From contig NC_043022.1 in the NCBI RefSeq assembly GCF_006345805.1, positions 23,064,001 to 23,128,000 on the forward strand: a stretch of 64,000 nucleotides of DNA. The letters are read 5' to 3'. How positions within the stretch are numbered: position 1 is the first letter of the stretch; each line of letters opens with the position of its first letter. This DNA comes from Octopus sinensis. Taxonomy: Eukaryota. The translations under genes were made by a program, and so were the position numbers. Shown here piece by piece: positions 39,070-52,964 of this stretch. A model generated the notes under the pieces. It ran no database searches and was not told the DNA's origin. It saw nothing but the letters and a program-made list of their open reading frames with translations.

Positions 39070-39655
39070 CACACACACACATAAATATATGCATAAACAC
39101 ACACACACATACATACATACATACATATGTACAATGGAATTCTTTTCATTTTCCATCTACTAAATCCACTCACAAGGCTTTGGTTGGCCTGAGGCTATAG
39201 TAGAAGACACTCACCAAGGTGCCATACAGTTGGACTGAACCTGGAACCATGTGGTTGGGAAGCAAGCTTCTTACCAATTAGTCATGCTTGCACCTATTAT
39301 TAGGTTTATTATTATTATTATTATTATTATTAACATTTATGAAGGTATATTAGATTAATTCAGCAATCAGTATTGATGTTGTCATCGGTGTCGTCTGTGT
39401 GTGTGTGTGTGTGTGTGGTGAGGGTTCTGTCGGTGGTGGTGTTAGTGGAGTGAAACATAATGCTCTGCTCTCACAAAGGATTAACAGAGAGTCTTAAGTA
39501 ATCCTGTCATGGCATGCATTCACCTTTCTAAAGATCCTACTGATCAGGATTATATATATCTATACACACACACACACAGGTTATATATATGCATACATAT
39601 ATACATGTGTGTGTGTGTGTTTATATGCATGTATATACATGTACACGTGTGTGTG

Positions 39656-39695
<40 letters not shown>

Positions 39696-40539
39696 TATAT
39701 ATATATATATATATATAGGCGCAGGAGTAGCTGTGTGGTAAGTAGCTTGCTAACCAACCACATGGTTCTGGGTTCAGTCCCACTGCGTAGCATCTTGGGC
39801 AAGTGTCTTCTGCTATAGCCCCGGGCCGACCAATGCCTTGTGAGTGGATTTGGTAGACGGAAACTGAAAGAAGCCTGTCGTATATATATATATATATGTT
39901 TGCGTGTCTGTGTTTGTCCCCCTAGCATTGCTTGACAGCTGATGCTGGTGTGTTTACGTCCCCGTCACTTAGCGGTTCGGCAAAACAGACCGATAGAATA
40001 AGTACTGGGCTTACAAAAGAATAAGTCCCGGGGTCGATTTGCCCGACTAAAGGTGGTGCTCCAGCATGGCCACAGTCAAATGACTGAAACAAGTAAAAGA
40101 GTAAAAGAGTAAAGAGTATATACACACATTATATGTGTATGTAGATACACACACATACACAGAAACACACACACACACATGATCATACATGTGCTTTGGA
40201 ATAGAAAATTTGCAACACACAAAGCTGTTAAATTCATTTTACATTTAAATCTATTTCGTGAGTTATATGACAAATATTTTGAGACATCATTAAATAAATT
40301 TTTGATTCAAAATGAGTTTAAATGAATTAATTCAGCACTGTCAGCTCTCACTATACACAAATATTCTTGAAAATAAATATCCACCATTTAGTTTCCCAGA
40401 AGGCTTTGCATGGAGGACTCCTTTACCAGTCTTATGAGAGTCTCGAAATCATGGCACACCGTCTGTTATTTTAATCATCATTAAACTATATAATATATAC
40501 ATATTTTATAACTTAGAACCATAACGTATCTATATCTAC

Positions 40540-40575
<36 letters not shown>

Positions 40576-41407
40576 ACGTACATACATACAGACACACACA
40601 CACATGTAAGGCTGTATCATGCGCGGGGACATAGAAATAATCGGACTGAATACGCGATCGCGCAGTTAAACCATTGGGAGTGAAGGACTCCTAGCCTTTG
40701 TTAGGGCATCCTTCTAGGATAAGGTAACTCAGGTACCTGGGATAACTCCGACATAAAACCTGTGGCTCAGTGGTTACCGATGATGTTGACTTGTTCTTCT
40801 TTTCGGATGTTGCTTAGTGAGTGGGATTGACTCAGTGCACAACCTTTCCTCACTTTAAAAAAAATCTTCTTGCACAGGCATTGCACGATAACAACATTGA
40901 TTGATTGATTAAAACAGAAGTTTAATGATGATGATGATGATGATGCTATAAAAATGTTTTGAATATTTTTTTTAAAAGCTTAAACAATGCAAGTTATCAA
41001 AAAATTAAGAAAATAGGTTGATATTTAGTATCATCTAGAACTGGAATATTTTAGGGAGTTTATGGAGAAAAGGTGATGATACCTGAGTTCTCTACTTTGT
41101 ACAAATCAACTTCAACACCTTTTCTCTGTAAATTCCCTGAATAAGGGTTTCTCCCTCTGAAATATTGAAATGCCCGTTTATAATAATAATAATCAACCTG
41201 TATTATTAATTTTTTATAACTTGCATGTTTTTGGATAAAAAGAAATTAAAAACATTTATATCAGATAATGCTTCATGAAAATTATACTACTCTAGTATAA
41301 AGAAATGGGATGACAAATTAATTAAACAATTATGTTATATGCTTCATTAGCCTACAACTGTTTCTGCTATAAGGTGCAATACATAGTTGAGTGCTTCAGT
41401 ATCACCC

Positions 41408-41949
41408 AGTGAAGGCACATGGCTCAGTGGTTAGAGCGTTGAGCTTACGATTGTGATGATGTGAGTTTGAATCCCGTTGCTCCAGTTCACTCATCTGTAG
41501 AAATGAGTTGCAACGTCACAGGTGCGAAGCTGTATCAGGCCCCTTTGCCTTTCCCTTGGATAACACTGGTGGCGTAGAGAGGAGAGGCTGGTATGCATGG
41601 GCGAGCTGGCAGAAACGTTAGCATGCCGGGCGAAATGCTTAGCAGTACTTCGTCTGTCGCCACGTTCTGTGTTCAAATTCCGCCTAGGTCGACTTTGCCT
41701 TTCATCCTTTCGGAGTCAATTAAATAAGTACCAGTTACGCACTGGGGTCGATATAATCGACTTAATCCTTTTGTCTGTCCTTGTTTGTCCCCTCTGTGTT
41801 TAGCCCCTTGTGGGCAGTAAAGAAATAGGTATGCATGGGCGACTGTTGGTCTTCCATAAACAACCTTGCCCGGACTTGTGCCTTGGGGGGTAACTTTCTA
41901 GGTGCAATCCAAGGGTCATTCATGACTGAAGGGGGTCTCAGTAACTCAG
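41408..41949 (+). mobile_element. SINE-E (TSD AGTATCACCC) carrying a nested SINE-B (41599-41829)
   Basis: 10-bp TSD 41398-407/41950-59; inner duplication GGTATGCATGGGCGA. Confidence 0.85.
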
Positions 41950-42434
41950 AGTATCACCCTAGAAACAGCTGTAAGATGATGATGTTCATAACATAATTGT
42001 TTATGTCCTTCATCATCCCAATTTCTTATTACCTCTCTATACTTGACTGATCCTTTGTACAGAGCCACGTTTATTGAGTTCCACCACTAGATTATTAGCA
42101 TCACAATGCCCAATAAAAATAATTAAAATACAAAAATTACTCTAATATATATTATATTTATATTGGGTATACACATATTATATATTGTTATATATATTAT
42201 AAATGTATGTGTATGCATGTGTATGTCTAAATGTATGTATTTAAGTATGTGTGCATATATACATACACATATATATATACAATGATCTTCTTTCAATTTC
42301 TGTCTACCAAATCCACTAACAACACTTTGGTTGGCCTGAGGCTACAGTAAAAGACACTTGCCCAAGGTAACACACAGTGGGACTGAACCCAGAACCATGT
42401 AGTTGGTAAGCAAGATACTTACCACACAGCCACG

Positions 42435-42479
<45 letters not shown>

Positions 42480-42710
42480 TCACATATATATATGTTTGTG
42501 TGTGTATCTCCAGAACCACACTAATAGCTTAGGATAAAATTTAGGATTTTTCAGTTTTCTGTGAATCGATTTTGATAAAATTTCTCGCAGATGGTTTGTA
42601 CACTATGGCAACATCATTGTTATGTGTTCATTGTTTGGTGTAACATCCTTTCTTTTTTTATTTCAGACTCTTCTATTTTGGGACGAACCATGCTCACCTC
42701 TCTAAGAACA

Positions 42711-43698
42711 ATGGGTTGTGGAAATGGCCTCAATGTGGAAGAAAAGTTGGTCATCATCCAGGAAAGTGCTAAAGGCACCTCTCTTCATGTCATTGCGGAG
42801 AAGTTAGGTCATCATGTGGACATGGTTAGATAATTCCTGAAGGACCCTTCACCAAGGAAGAAATGATCTGATTGTGTGACCTCCAAGACTGTGACAGCTA
42901 GGAATTTAAAGAATATTGGCTACAAGTAACGTGAGAAACCTCAACAAACAAGCAAAGGCATTTTCACCGCCTCCAGACATCTTCATGTATTGAAAACCAC
43001 CAGAAATCGCATCCTTGCCACCATCGCTTCCATGTGAGAATTCCTGAAACTGCCACCTTTACAGGAGTTTGAGGCTTCAATGGACCCAAAAGTACATGAC
43101 GTTAGACATGAGTTGTGTTCTGTTCACTGACGAAACCAGGGTGATCCTTGATGGACCTGATGGTTGGGTCTATTTTGGAGATGAGCATCGCCAACATTTA
43201 AGACGTCAATAACAGGGTAGAGGAGTCATGTTGTGGGTTGGTATCCTTAGGGACAGACTTGTTGACCAGTCAGGGTAACTGAAGGGGTTAAAATGACTGC
43301 AGCTGCCTACTGCAATCTCCTGAAGATCATGGATCCCTGGCTAGATGACATACTGCTGTCACCTTTAAGGGATCTTGTATTCGTACATGGCAATTGCTCC
43401 CTCCAGTTCTGCTGGGACCACCCAAACATTATGAGGGTCTTACGGCATACAAGGTGAAAGGGTGATGGTGTGGCTGCCAGCATCTCCGGATCTCAACCCT
43501 ATTGAAAATCTTTGGTTCATCATTAAATAAGATGTTTATGCTGATGGACGCTAATTTACATCAAAAGATGCCTTACGGGCAACCATCAAAGCTGCAGCAG
43601 AGACAATCCAACCTGCTGCCATTAAGAAATTGACAGATTCCATGAGTAATAGGGTTTTTGAAGTTATCTGTCAAAATAGTGCTCAGGTGGCTAATTAA
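42711..43698 (+). pseudogene. Tc1-family DDE transposase pseudogene
   Basis: HTH N-terminus, VLFTDET, GVMLWVGI, WLPASPDLNPIENLW; several stops and frameshifts. Confidence 0.9.
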
Positions 43699-43942
43699 CT
43701 CATTATGTCAATAAATGTTATAACATTATTATGGTTTTATGTTAAATATATACTCAATGTATGCTTAATATGTATTGTTACTCTTCATTTTCTGAAAAGA
43801 AATATCTAGATGGGCTATTTTCATTCAAAAGCTATTAGCATGGTTCACCCCAAAACTGAAGAATCTGAAATAAAAAAGAAAGGATGTTACACAGAATAAT
43901 GCAAATAATAATGGTGTCACTATTGTGTGCAAACCAGCTGCA

Positions 43943-44320
43943 GTGGAGGCGCAATGGCTCAGTGGTTAGGGCAGCGGACTCGCGGTCGGAGGATCATGGT
44001 TTCGATTCCCAGACCAGGTTGTGTGTGTTTATTGAGCAAAACCACCTAAAGCTCCACAAGGCTCCGGTAGGGGGTGGTGGCGACCCCTGTTGTACTCTTT
44101 CACTCCAACTTTCTCTCACTCTTTCTTCCTGTTTCTTGTCCCCGACTTCCTATACAACCGCTGAGCCTGGATGCGCATTCATCCATCCATCGATGCTCTC
44201 GGTATCGGGGGTTGACCTGCTTTCTCTTCTGCGGGTCTTACGAATAGCAAAGGACCACGTTTCGGACTTCTCCCACTACTGGGATGAAGACCATTTCGCT
44301 CAACAAACAAACAAACAAAC
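43943..44320 (+). mobile_element. tRNA-derived SINE family C (alternative 3' end, (CAAA)n tail) inserted in Tc1 TIR
   Basis: 12-bp TSD AAACCAGCTGCA at 43931-42 and 44321-32; A/B box head. Confidence 0.85.
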
Positions 44321-44731
44321 AAACCAGCTGCAAAAAGTTTTATCAAAATCAATTCACAGAAAACTAATAAATCCCAAATTTTACTCCAAAGCTACTAGTG
44401 TGGATCTGGGTGTATATTAATCAATGAAATTCAAAATTAGTCTGATTTTCACATTTTATTATTTACAATTTTACAATATTATGATAATAGAACATTATAT
44501 ATTTATTGTAATAAAACTAGTACTTTCATGCATTATGCAATCGTCAGGTTTATGTGGTAGGAGTGACAGCCATGTTCCACAATTGACAACTGTAGTGAAA
44601 TGATTAAATTTGTCCCTTAAATACCTTCCGATGGGCTCCAGTTGTTTGTAAAAATTGCAAATAATAAAACATGAAAATCAGATGAGGTTGGAATTTCATT
44701 GATTAATGTATTTTATACACAATCATACAAA

Positions 44732-44778
<47 letters not shown>

Positions 44779-44859
44779 ATATATATATGCGTGTGTGTGT
44801 GTATGTGTGTATATATATATATATATATGTGTCTGTGTGTGTGTATATATATATATATG

Positions 44860-45272
44860 AATACAGTGTACATCATCATAGAACACCTAACATACTAGAA
44901 GGAGTAGTCAAATCCAAACCACTATTAGGGGTAATTTCGAAGGGAATGAAAAATAAAAACATTTACCATCTTTCTCCATGAGGCATGTACTGTATTGCCT
45001 TGTATTTATATGTTAATCTTGGCATTCCTGTTGATGAGAACTTCACCGAGCTCGGTCCAGAAGAAAAATAGTAAATGTTTTATTTTTCATTCCCTTTGAA
45101 ATTACCCCTAACAGTGGTTTGGATTTGGCTACTCCTTCTAGCATGTTAGGTGTCCTATAATGGTCATCCCTTATGTGTTTAAATATACACTGTATTTATA
45201 TGAATAATATATAGTCTATTGACTAGTTTTCTACATGTTAGGCCACTGGTAGGAAAAATTTTAGAAATTTTT
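44860..45272 (+). mobile_element. Family J copy with decayed hammerhead in its loop
   Basis: Arms ~44860-44968/45070-45196, same tail as the 33.7 kb copy; loop contains CTG-TTGATGA-GAACTTC-ACCGAGCTCGGT-C-CAG (45028-45060). Confidence 0.62.
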
Positions 45273-45621
45273 CCTACCCTGATATTTATTAATAAATAAA
45301 TAAATAAATATATATATATATGTGTGTGTGTGTGTGTATATATATATCATCATTCATCATCATTATCATTTAGCGTCCGCTTTCCATGCTAGCATGGGTT
45401 GGACGGTTCAACTGGAGTCTGGGAAGCCAGAAGGCTGCACCAGGCTCCAGTCTGATCTGGCAATGTTTCTACGGGTGGATGCCCTTCCTAACGCCAACCA
45501 CATGTGGATGTATGTGTGTATATGGATAGATAGATAGATAAATAGATACATACATACATATATATATAGATATATACACACAAGTACACACACACACATA
45601 TATAAAAGTGTCGATGTGTAC

Positions 45622-45652
<31 letters not shown>

Positions 45653-45958
45653 TGCATGCTATGTGAGTATGAGTATTGTGTAAGCAGAATTATCACAGCA
45701 TTGGATAAAATTCCTAGTGGCATTTTTCAACTTGTTTGTATTTTGAATTTGCCTGCAACAAGACTGGTGCCAAGCTGTATCATCAGCCATTATCTTCCCT
45801 TTGAGCAACATGGGTGGCTTTGGGACAGAAGACCCACTGGTCAGCCATAAATAGAAACAACTTACCTAAACTTGTGACCTACAAAGAAAATTTACAAGTG
45901 TATGTACATGGTGAACTTGAGCAATGGAGCCTGTAGATATGTATATTTCAAGTATACC

Positions 45959-45990
<32 letters not shown>

Positions 45991-46133
45991 TATACATATA
46001 TACACACACACACATGTATACATGGGTGTATGTATGTATATATATGTATATATATATATATATATATATACATATAGCTAAACACACACATGTGGATGTA
46101 TGTGTGTATATGGATAGATAGATAGATAAATAG

Positions 46134-46166
<33 letters not shown>

Positions 46167-46418
46167 TATATATAGATATATACACACAAGTACACACACA
46201 TATATAAAAGTGTCGATGTGTACATATATAAATACATGCATGCATATATATATATTTGTGTGTGTATGTATATATATATATATATACAGACACATATATA
46301 TATACACACACATATATATATAGATATTTGTATGTGTGTGTGAGTGTGTGTGCATGCATGTTTATATGTATGTATATATAACTGTGTCTGTATGTATATC
46401 TGTGTTTGTGTATGTGTG

Positions 46419-46449
<31 letters not shown>

Positions 46450-46636
46450 ATTTTTACATGTATAGGTATATATTTATATGCATATGTATCTAGGTATATG
46501 CTAGTGTTATTAAGTCTGATATTGGTGGACTGGTGATTCACAATCAGATATTCTGGAAGAATTATTTGGAAAGCTTTAAACATTGTTTTATTTGTGGTAT
46601 TTTTCCCGTTTGCGGTGGCACTGATATGATATTTAA

Positions 46637-46857
46637 CCCTTTAGTGTTTAAACTGGCCAAATCTGGCCCAATATATTCTACATATTTTATATTCAAACTG
46701 GCCATATCTAGCCTCTCACACCTAACCTACAATGCCATTCTAAAAATAAGTAATCACATCATTGAAACCTCAAAGCTGTAAGATGATCCAGGATTAATTC
46801 AAAACAATTTGAGTGGAAAAGTATGACATTTAACAGAGTAATCTGAACACTAAAGGG
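46637..46857. mobile_element. piggyBac-type MITE
   Basis: TTAA|CCCTTTAG...CTAAAGGG|TTAA; partial copies ~2220-2427, 17200-17330, 56760-56920. Confidence 0.75.
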
Positions 46858-47131
46858 TTAAATACAATTACCATAGTTATTTTCTCTTTTTGTTTTAGAA
46901 CACAGTTTATTTAAAAGAGGGTGTTTCCGTTTGTGGGGGAGAAAACATTATTTGTTTCACTGATTAATATGACCATGTGAAATCAGCTTCACGTTTATTA
47001 GTCTCTCCCTTTCTCTTTCCAGCAGTTTTAGCAATCTCACTTAAAATAGGTATTTCATGAGATATTATTTATCTCCCTAGAATGAGTTGAAACCAGCCGT
47101 GTTATATATTGCTGTCAATGTTCATATATAC

Positions 47132-47786
47132 TAGTGGCTCTTAACCATTTTTCTGCCTGTGAACTTCTTTGATTCCTATTTTACACTGCTGGCCCCTTCC
47201 CATGGCCATTTGAAGTTTTAAACATCCCATTGCATTTTTATATTTAAATATTCTTTTACTCTTTTACTTGTTTCAGTCATTTGACTGCGGCCATGCTGGA
47301 GCACTGCCTTTAATCGAGCAAATCGACCCCAGGTCTTATTATTTGTAAGCCTAGTACTTATTCTATCGGTCTCTTTTGCCAAACCACTAAGTTACGGGGA
47401 TGTAAATACACCAGCATCGGTTGTCAAGCGATGTTGGGGGGACAAACACAGACACAGAATCACACACACACATATGTATACATTTATACGACGGGCTTCT
47501 TTCAGTTTCCGTCTACCAAATCCACTCACAAGGCTTTGGTCGGCCCGAGGCTATAGTAGAAGACACTTGCCCAAGGTGCCACGCAGTGGGACTGAACCTG
47601 GAACCATGTGGTTGGGAAGCAAGCTACTTACCACACAGCCACTCGTATGCCTATTAGGAATTATATTAAAAGAAAATTAAAATATTTTTGTACTGTAGAA
47701 GTATAACTAATTTATTGCACATAATTTTTAACAACTAAATGGCATGTGTGGACCCTGGTTGTGTGGACCCTGGTTGAGAACCACTG
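47132..47786. mobile_element. hAT/Charlie-like MITE containing a nested SINE-A (47254-47650)
   Basis: TIR (C/T)AGTGG(T/C)TCT(C/T)AACC; 8-bp flanks ATATATAC/ATATATAT. Confidence 0.65.
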
Positions 47787-48077
47787 ATATATATGATATT
47801 CGTTAAGGTGGCAACCTGGAAGAATTATTAGCATGCCAGACAAAATGCTTAGTGGCATTTCATCTGTCTTCACATTCTGAGTTCAAATTCTGCCAAGGTC
47901 AACTTTGCCTAATATCAACCCCAGTTCTCAACCAGTACTTAGTTCATCGACCCTTTTAGGGGCAATGAATTAAGCACCAGTTGAAAACTGGGGTTGATGT
48001 ATTTGACTAGCCACCTCCCCCAAAACTTGAGGCCTTGTGCCAATAGTAGAAAGGATATGTATGATATTTTTTATTAA

Positions 48078-48327
48078 CCCTTTAACTGTGAAATTAAATT
48101 TCATGGTTATTCCGGTAATGATGTTGAATATCTACCCAAAAACAGATTTGGTATTTTCTACAAGTTATGTTGTCTCAATAAACTTGATATATCTTGACAA
48201 AAAATAGATTCGAACATGACAATCTTCACAAAAAGATAAATTGGGATATTAAACTGTTTTCTGCAGTTAAGGGTTTTGAAATTTTGAGTGGATATATCAC
48301 ATACATCTGATTTCCACAGTAAAAGGG
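48078..48327. mobile_element. piggyBac-type MITE (second family)
   Basis: TTAA|CCCTTTAACTG...CAGTAAAAGGG|TTAA. Confidence 0.7.
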
Positions 48328-48899
48328 TTAAGAGTGACTTTATAGATGTTTTTTATTTAAATAGTTTGCAATTTAAAAATTGACATTTATATAAATAATT
48401 CACAACTAAAAATATGACAATATTAAAAATTAAAGTTAGTAATTAAAATTTAAAATTTTAATTTAAAATTTAAAAGTTAGTTGAAATATTAAAATGATGT
48501 TATAATGTATACAACAAAGATGAAAAAAAATAACAATGATGAGATACTATATACCCTACAAATGATAACAGCGTTAACAATGATTATATAAAATATACCT
48601 TTTTTGATGCAAATGTAAAAAAATAAGAAGCAATGTACATATGTGTACACATATGTACACAAATGTGTACAGACATATATAGACCCACACAAAAACATGT
48701 AGATATTTAATATATATATATATATATATATAAATGGTGTTGATAAGAGATGATATAAAATATACATTATTTATGACAAAAGTATTCATAAATGATAAAA
48801 TTAAAAAACAATAAATAAGGTAAAACTTATAGTAAGGACTATAAATAAGTAATATTCATATTTTTTTGTGGGTGTAGCATTTGGTTGAGCACTTGAAAT

Positions 48900-49282
48900 T
48901 AAAGTTATCATAAAGAGTCAAGAGCTGGAGTAAATCGCTGAAAACGTACTATGGAGAGGTGTTGTAATAGCATTTAGATGTTTTATAAGTTTATAAGTCT
49001 TGAAGGAGGTATTCTTTTAGGATGTCTTCTTGCAGCTGGTTTCTAAGCATGTAAAATTTCATATGTTTAGTATTTCAAGATTATGGAGCATTTTATTTTC
49101 GCTATATGTTATAGATATGTTGCTTGCTTATTTGTTTTTTTCAGTTCCATATATAAATAGAGGATGAAGCATCATAATATCTATTGAGGTTATGAAATTT
49201 GTTGCTATGTTGATAATAGCATATTTTAAATGCTTTTCTTGTGAGCCCTACACAAACACACACATATATTATACATACATAT

Positions 49283-49348
<66 letters not shown>

Positions 49349-50240
49349 GGGAAGGTTTACGAAAATAAACAAAAGACGAAGGCAGGTGGAGTACAAACAA
49401 ACAAATGTATTAGTATATTATATATATATCTAAATATAATATCATATATATATTATACATATATATGTATATCTATTTTATGTATATATATATATGTATG
49501 TATAATATCATATATATATTATATATGTATATATATATATAATACATATGATATTATATATATAATATTATATATTATATATATATAATATGATATATTA
49601 CATATATATATATAATGATATATTATATATATATATGATATATTATATATATAAACTTTTGCATTTTTTCCATTTTAGTGTGTATATGTGAACTTGGACA
49701 TTCACTCAGATTCCATATTGGGTATAAATTAATATCAGTAATGGATGAATTATTATATAGGATGGCTTATTGATGAGGCAAGTATATTAGCTAATACCAC
49801 AAATAATGTAATGGTCAAATCTTTCCAAATAATTAATTTGTAACGTTGATTGATGAATCTTCACACCACCAAAAGAATCATGCTCGATAACATTAACATT
49901 TAGCCGAGGAAATCATGCTACTACGTAACAGCAGAAAATAAACCTGCCAGCAACCACTCAGCTAAATCAAATATGAAACTGTGTACAAGGTATCTTATGA
50001 TTTACAATATATATATGTATATGTGTATATATATATAGTAAGGATACCCATTGTTATTGAAATACACCAACACAATTTAGCTACTGTTAACATAAGTTAA
50101 TAACTATTGTTCCCATAAAATAAAATAACTAAGACAAATATCTATTCACAATTGAGAGACAAATGACAATGAAAATATCAGTACTTGAAGAACTCCATAC
50201 TTAGAGAGAAATACATATTCTTCATACTCAGCAAATTTTA
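48900..50240. pseudogene. Possible decayed Penelope-like (GIY-YIG) ORF remnants in both orientations
   Basis: Minus ~49250-49000: [15 protein letters not shown]...SIYMELK; plus ~49830-50230: FVTLID..., ETVYKV, LREKYI; by-eye similarity only. Confidence 0.35.
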
Positions 50241-50259
50241 TATACTATGTATACATACA

Positions 50260-50328
<69 letters not shown>

Positions 50329-50463
50329 GTATATATATATGCACATATGTATGTATATATATATTATATATATAATATATGTATATATATATTATATACA
50401 CACATTATGTATATATTTATACATATATACAATATATATATATATATACACACATATATATAC

Positions 50464-50519
<56 letters not shown>

Positions 50520-51272
50520 AAAATGTAATATATGTATGGAATATATATACATGCATATATATATATATAGATAGATAGATAGATATGTTATATGCACTAT
50601 CGTAGAAGTGTATGGATGAGGCTGCATACAGTATTGCAACTGGCATACTTAAATATAATGTATATATATATATCACAGTACTATAGGAGAGTAGGGTACG
50701 GGGGTGTTTGTGCACACTAGTATTGCACTCCTTTGCACACTCACACTCGCACACACATACACACACACACAGCTAATGTGCTGGGAGTAATTTAGCAGTG
50801 TTGTTGGTGGTGGTGGTGGTAGTAGTGGGGTGTGTGTGGGTCAAACAACATTAACAAGCTAGTACAGCCATGGTTTAAATTGTTTCAAATCGCCATGCCT
50901 GCCGTTACATCATCGGCAGCATGGGCCGGCACTTCTTCCATCTTTGCAAAGAAGTGCAGGTTTTTCTGGTTCCATCATTGGCTGTAACCATCAATGTATT
51001 GGGGGACTACCAGGTGATGGCGAGGAAATGGGAGGGAATTGGTGGCGAATGCACTCACAACACATATGCACATGCTCTCCCCGTTGGACACACACACACA
51101 CACACACACACACATATGCATGTACATATATTTACATACACACACACACATATATGTATATATGTATGTACATATATTTACATATATATGTGTATGTACA
51201 TATATTCACACACACACACAAACATATATATACACATACACACATATACATATATATACATACATACATGTA

Positions 51273-51313
<41 letters not shown>

Positions 51314-51977
51314 GCATATATATCCAGACACACACACATGTAGTATACATGTACATATGTATGTATTTATACATATGTACACACATACAAACTGCAATGA
51401 GGTTTGGAGAAGAAAGAGCAAAAAATATAACGATTTAACAAAATAACATATCACGAAACTGTGGTGATGACTGTGATAATAATAATGATGAGGATGTTGA
51501 TAATGAACGTGATGGTGATGATAGTGATAGGGAGAGGAAAGGGAAGAGTTTTCAAAAACATCTCTATCATTTTTTTTTCTTTTCCCTTGTTTTACTAACC
51601 CCATCCCCACTCTGTTTCCAACCACCAATCATCATACGACATAAGTCTTTAAAATAAATTTGAGTTCACAGATTTGAAGTGAGAACTAAATTTGGTAGTT
51701 TTGAAAATTAGCAAACCGTCGAACATAAATCCACATTTATGTCTATCTTATCTTTAAAATGGCTACATGCTAGCAGCATTTACAAAGGAAAAAAAAAAAC
51801 AAGATCAAGAATAAGGTCTTTGAATTCTGAATGTTGAGCCAAACATTGGTGCTAGCACTAAATTTAGGGTTTATGCAATATTTTGCAACCATCAACCATC
51901 ACTTTTGTCAGCTAGAAGAAGAAGATTAAGACGGGAGGGAAAAAACAAAGAATATTTCTTCCATTGCTAAAGATCAA

Positions 51978-52277
51978 TTAAATATCTTCTTGGTATAAAC
52001 ACATTGGCATTTTTGATCGAGCTGCTGGTGTTCGTAACTTTGGTTGGCTTCCGTAGGTGGTCAGATCGACTGATCCACGGCCTGTAGGTGCAGCAAAAGA
52101 AGCAGTGCTACCGTGCGGACATGATGCACTGCGTTTGGCGGATTTCTTGCGAACTGGCTGCGAGGGCAATGAGAAACAGGTTTTGCGAATGAACAGCCTG
52201 GCGTTGCCAACGGCAGGGCGTGACATTCCTGGTTTCATTAGATTTGACAAATGAGATGCATAACCTTCAGACAGGAT
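51978..52277 (-). CDS. rdgB: rdgB/PITPNM probable last coding exon
   Basis: ctctccag|ATC; ILSEGYASHLSNL...ARSKMPMCLYQEDI, TAA at 51980-51978; no strong donor seen before the stop. Confidence 0.85.
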   Translation of the reverse strand: MLSEGYASHLSNLMKPGMSRPAVGNARLFIRKTCFSLPSQPVRKKSAKRSASCPHGSTASFAAPTGRGSVDLTTYGSQPKLRTPAARSKMPMCLYQEDI

Positions 52278-52352
52278 CTGGAGAGAAAAAGAAAAAAAAA
52301 GGGTATGGTTGTTAAGAAGATGGACAGCAGATGTAAATTCATGATGATAATG

Positions 52353-52406
<54 letters not shown>

Positions 52407-52745
52407 CATTAGCATTATTAAATCTCAGAACGAGATGTAAACATTAATCGCTCGACAATGTAAAGTATAATAGCCATATTGAGATGGCTATTATACTATA
52501 CATTATATATATATATATACAAGATAAGAAAATGGAGAAATACATCTAAATCAAATATCAATTACCAGATAATACTCAATCACATACTTTATTAAACCAC
52601 CACATAAGAGACTTAATACAGTAAATGAATTGATTGCATCGCAATCCTTAACATTTATGTATTAACTTTGTTGGGTACTTCACTAGCATTATATTGGAAA
52701 TATGTTATCCCATGGAGGGTTGCATTTACAACCCCTATCTCAATT

Positions 52746-52791
<46 letters not shown>

Positions 52792-52964
52792 TATGCATGC
52801 ACACAGACACACAACTATAAGAGAAATTAAGATGAATACAAAAGTTTATACCATTTCTTCCTACATACATTTTATTGGTGAGGCTGTTTAATTTTGGAAA
52901 CTCAGCAATTGGATACCAGCCATAACAGATCATCTTGTGTATCTATATATGTGTGTGTGTGTGT

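Larger units (their letters stand above)
42507..44412 (+). mobile_element. Decayed Tc1-like DNA transposon with ~190-bp TIRs
   Basis: Left TIR 42507-42694 is the reverse complement of 43838-43942 plus 44333-44412; TA at both ends. Confidence 0.85.

Noticed and set aside
45500-46230. ~140-bp local duplication (45500-45630 / 46088-46230); also short tandem duplications at 15867-15915 and 19420-19460
   Set aside because: Ordinary slippage or local duplication in low-complexity DNA
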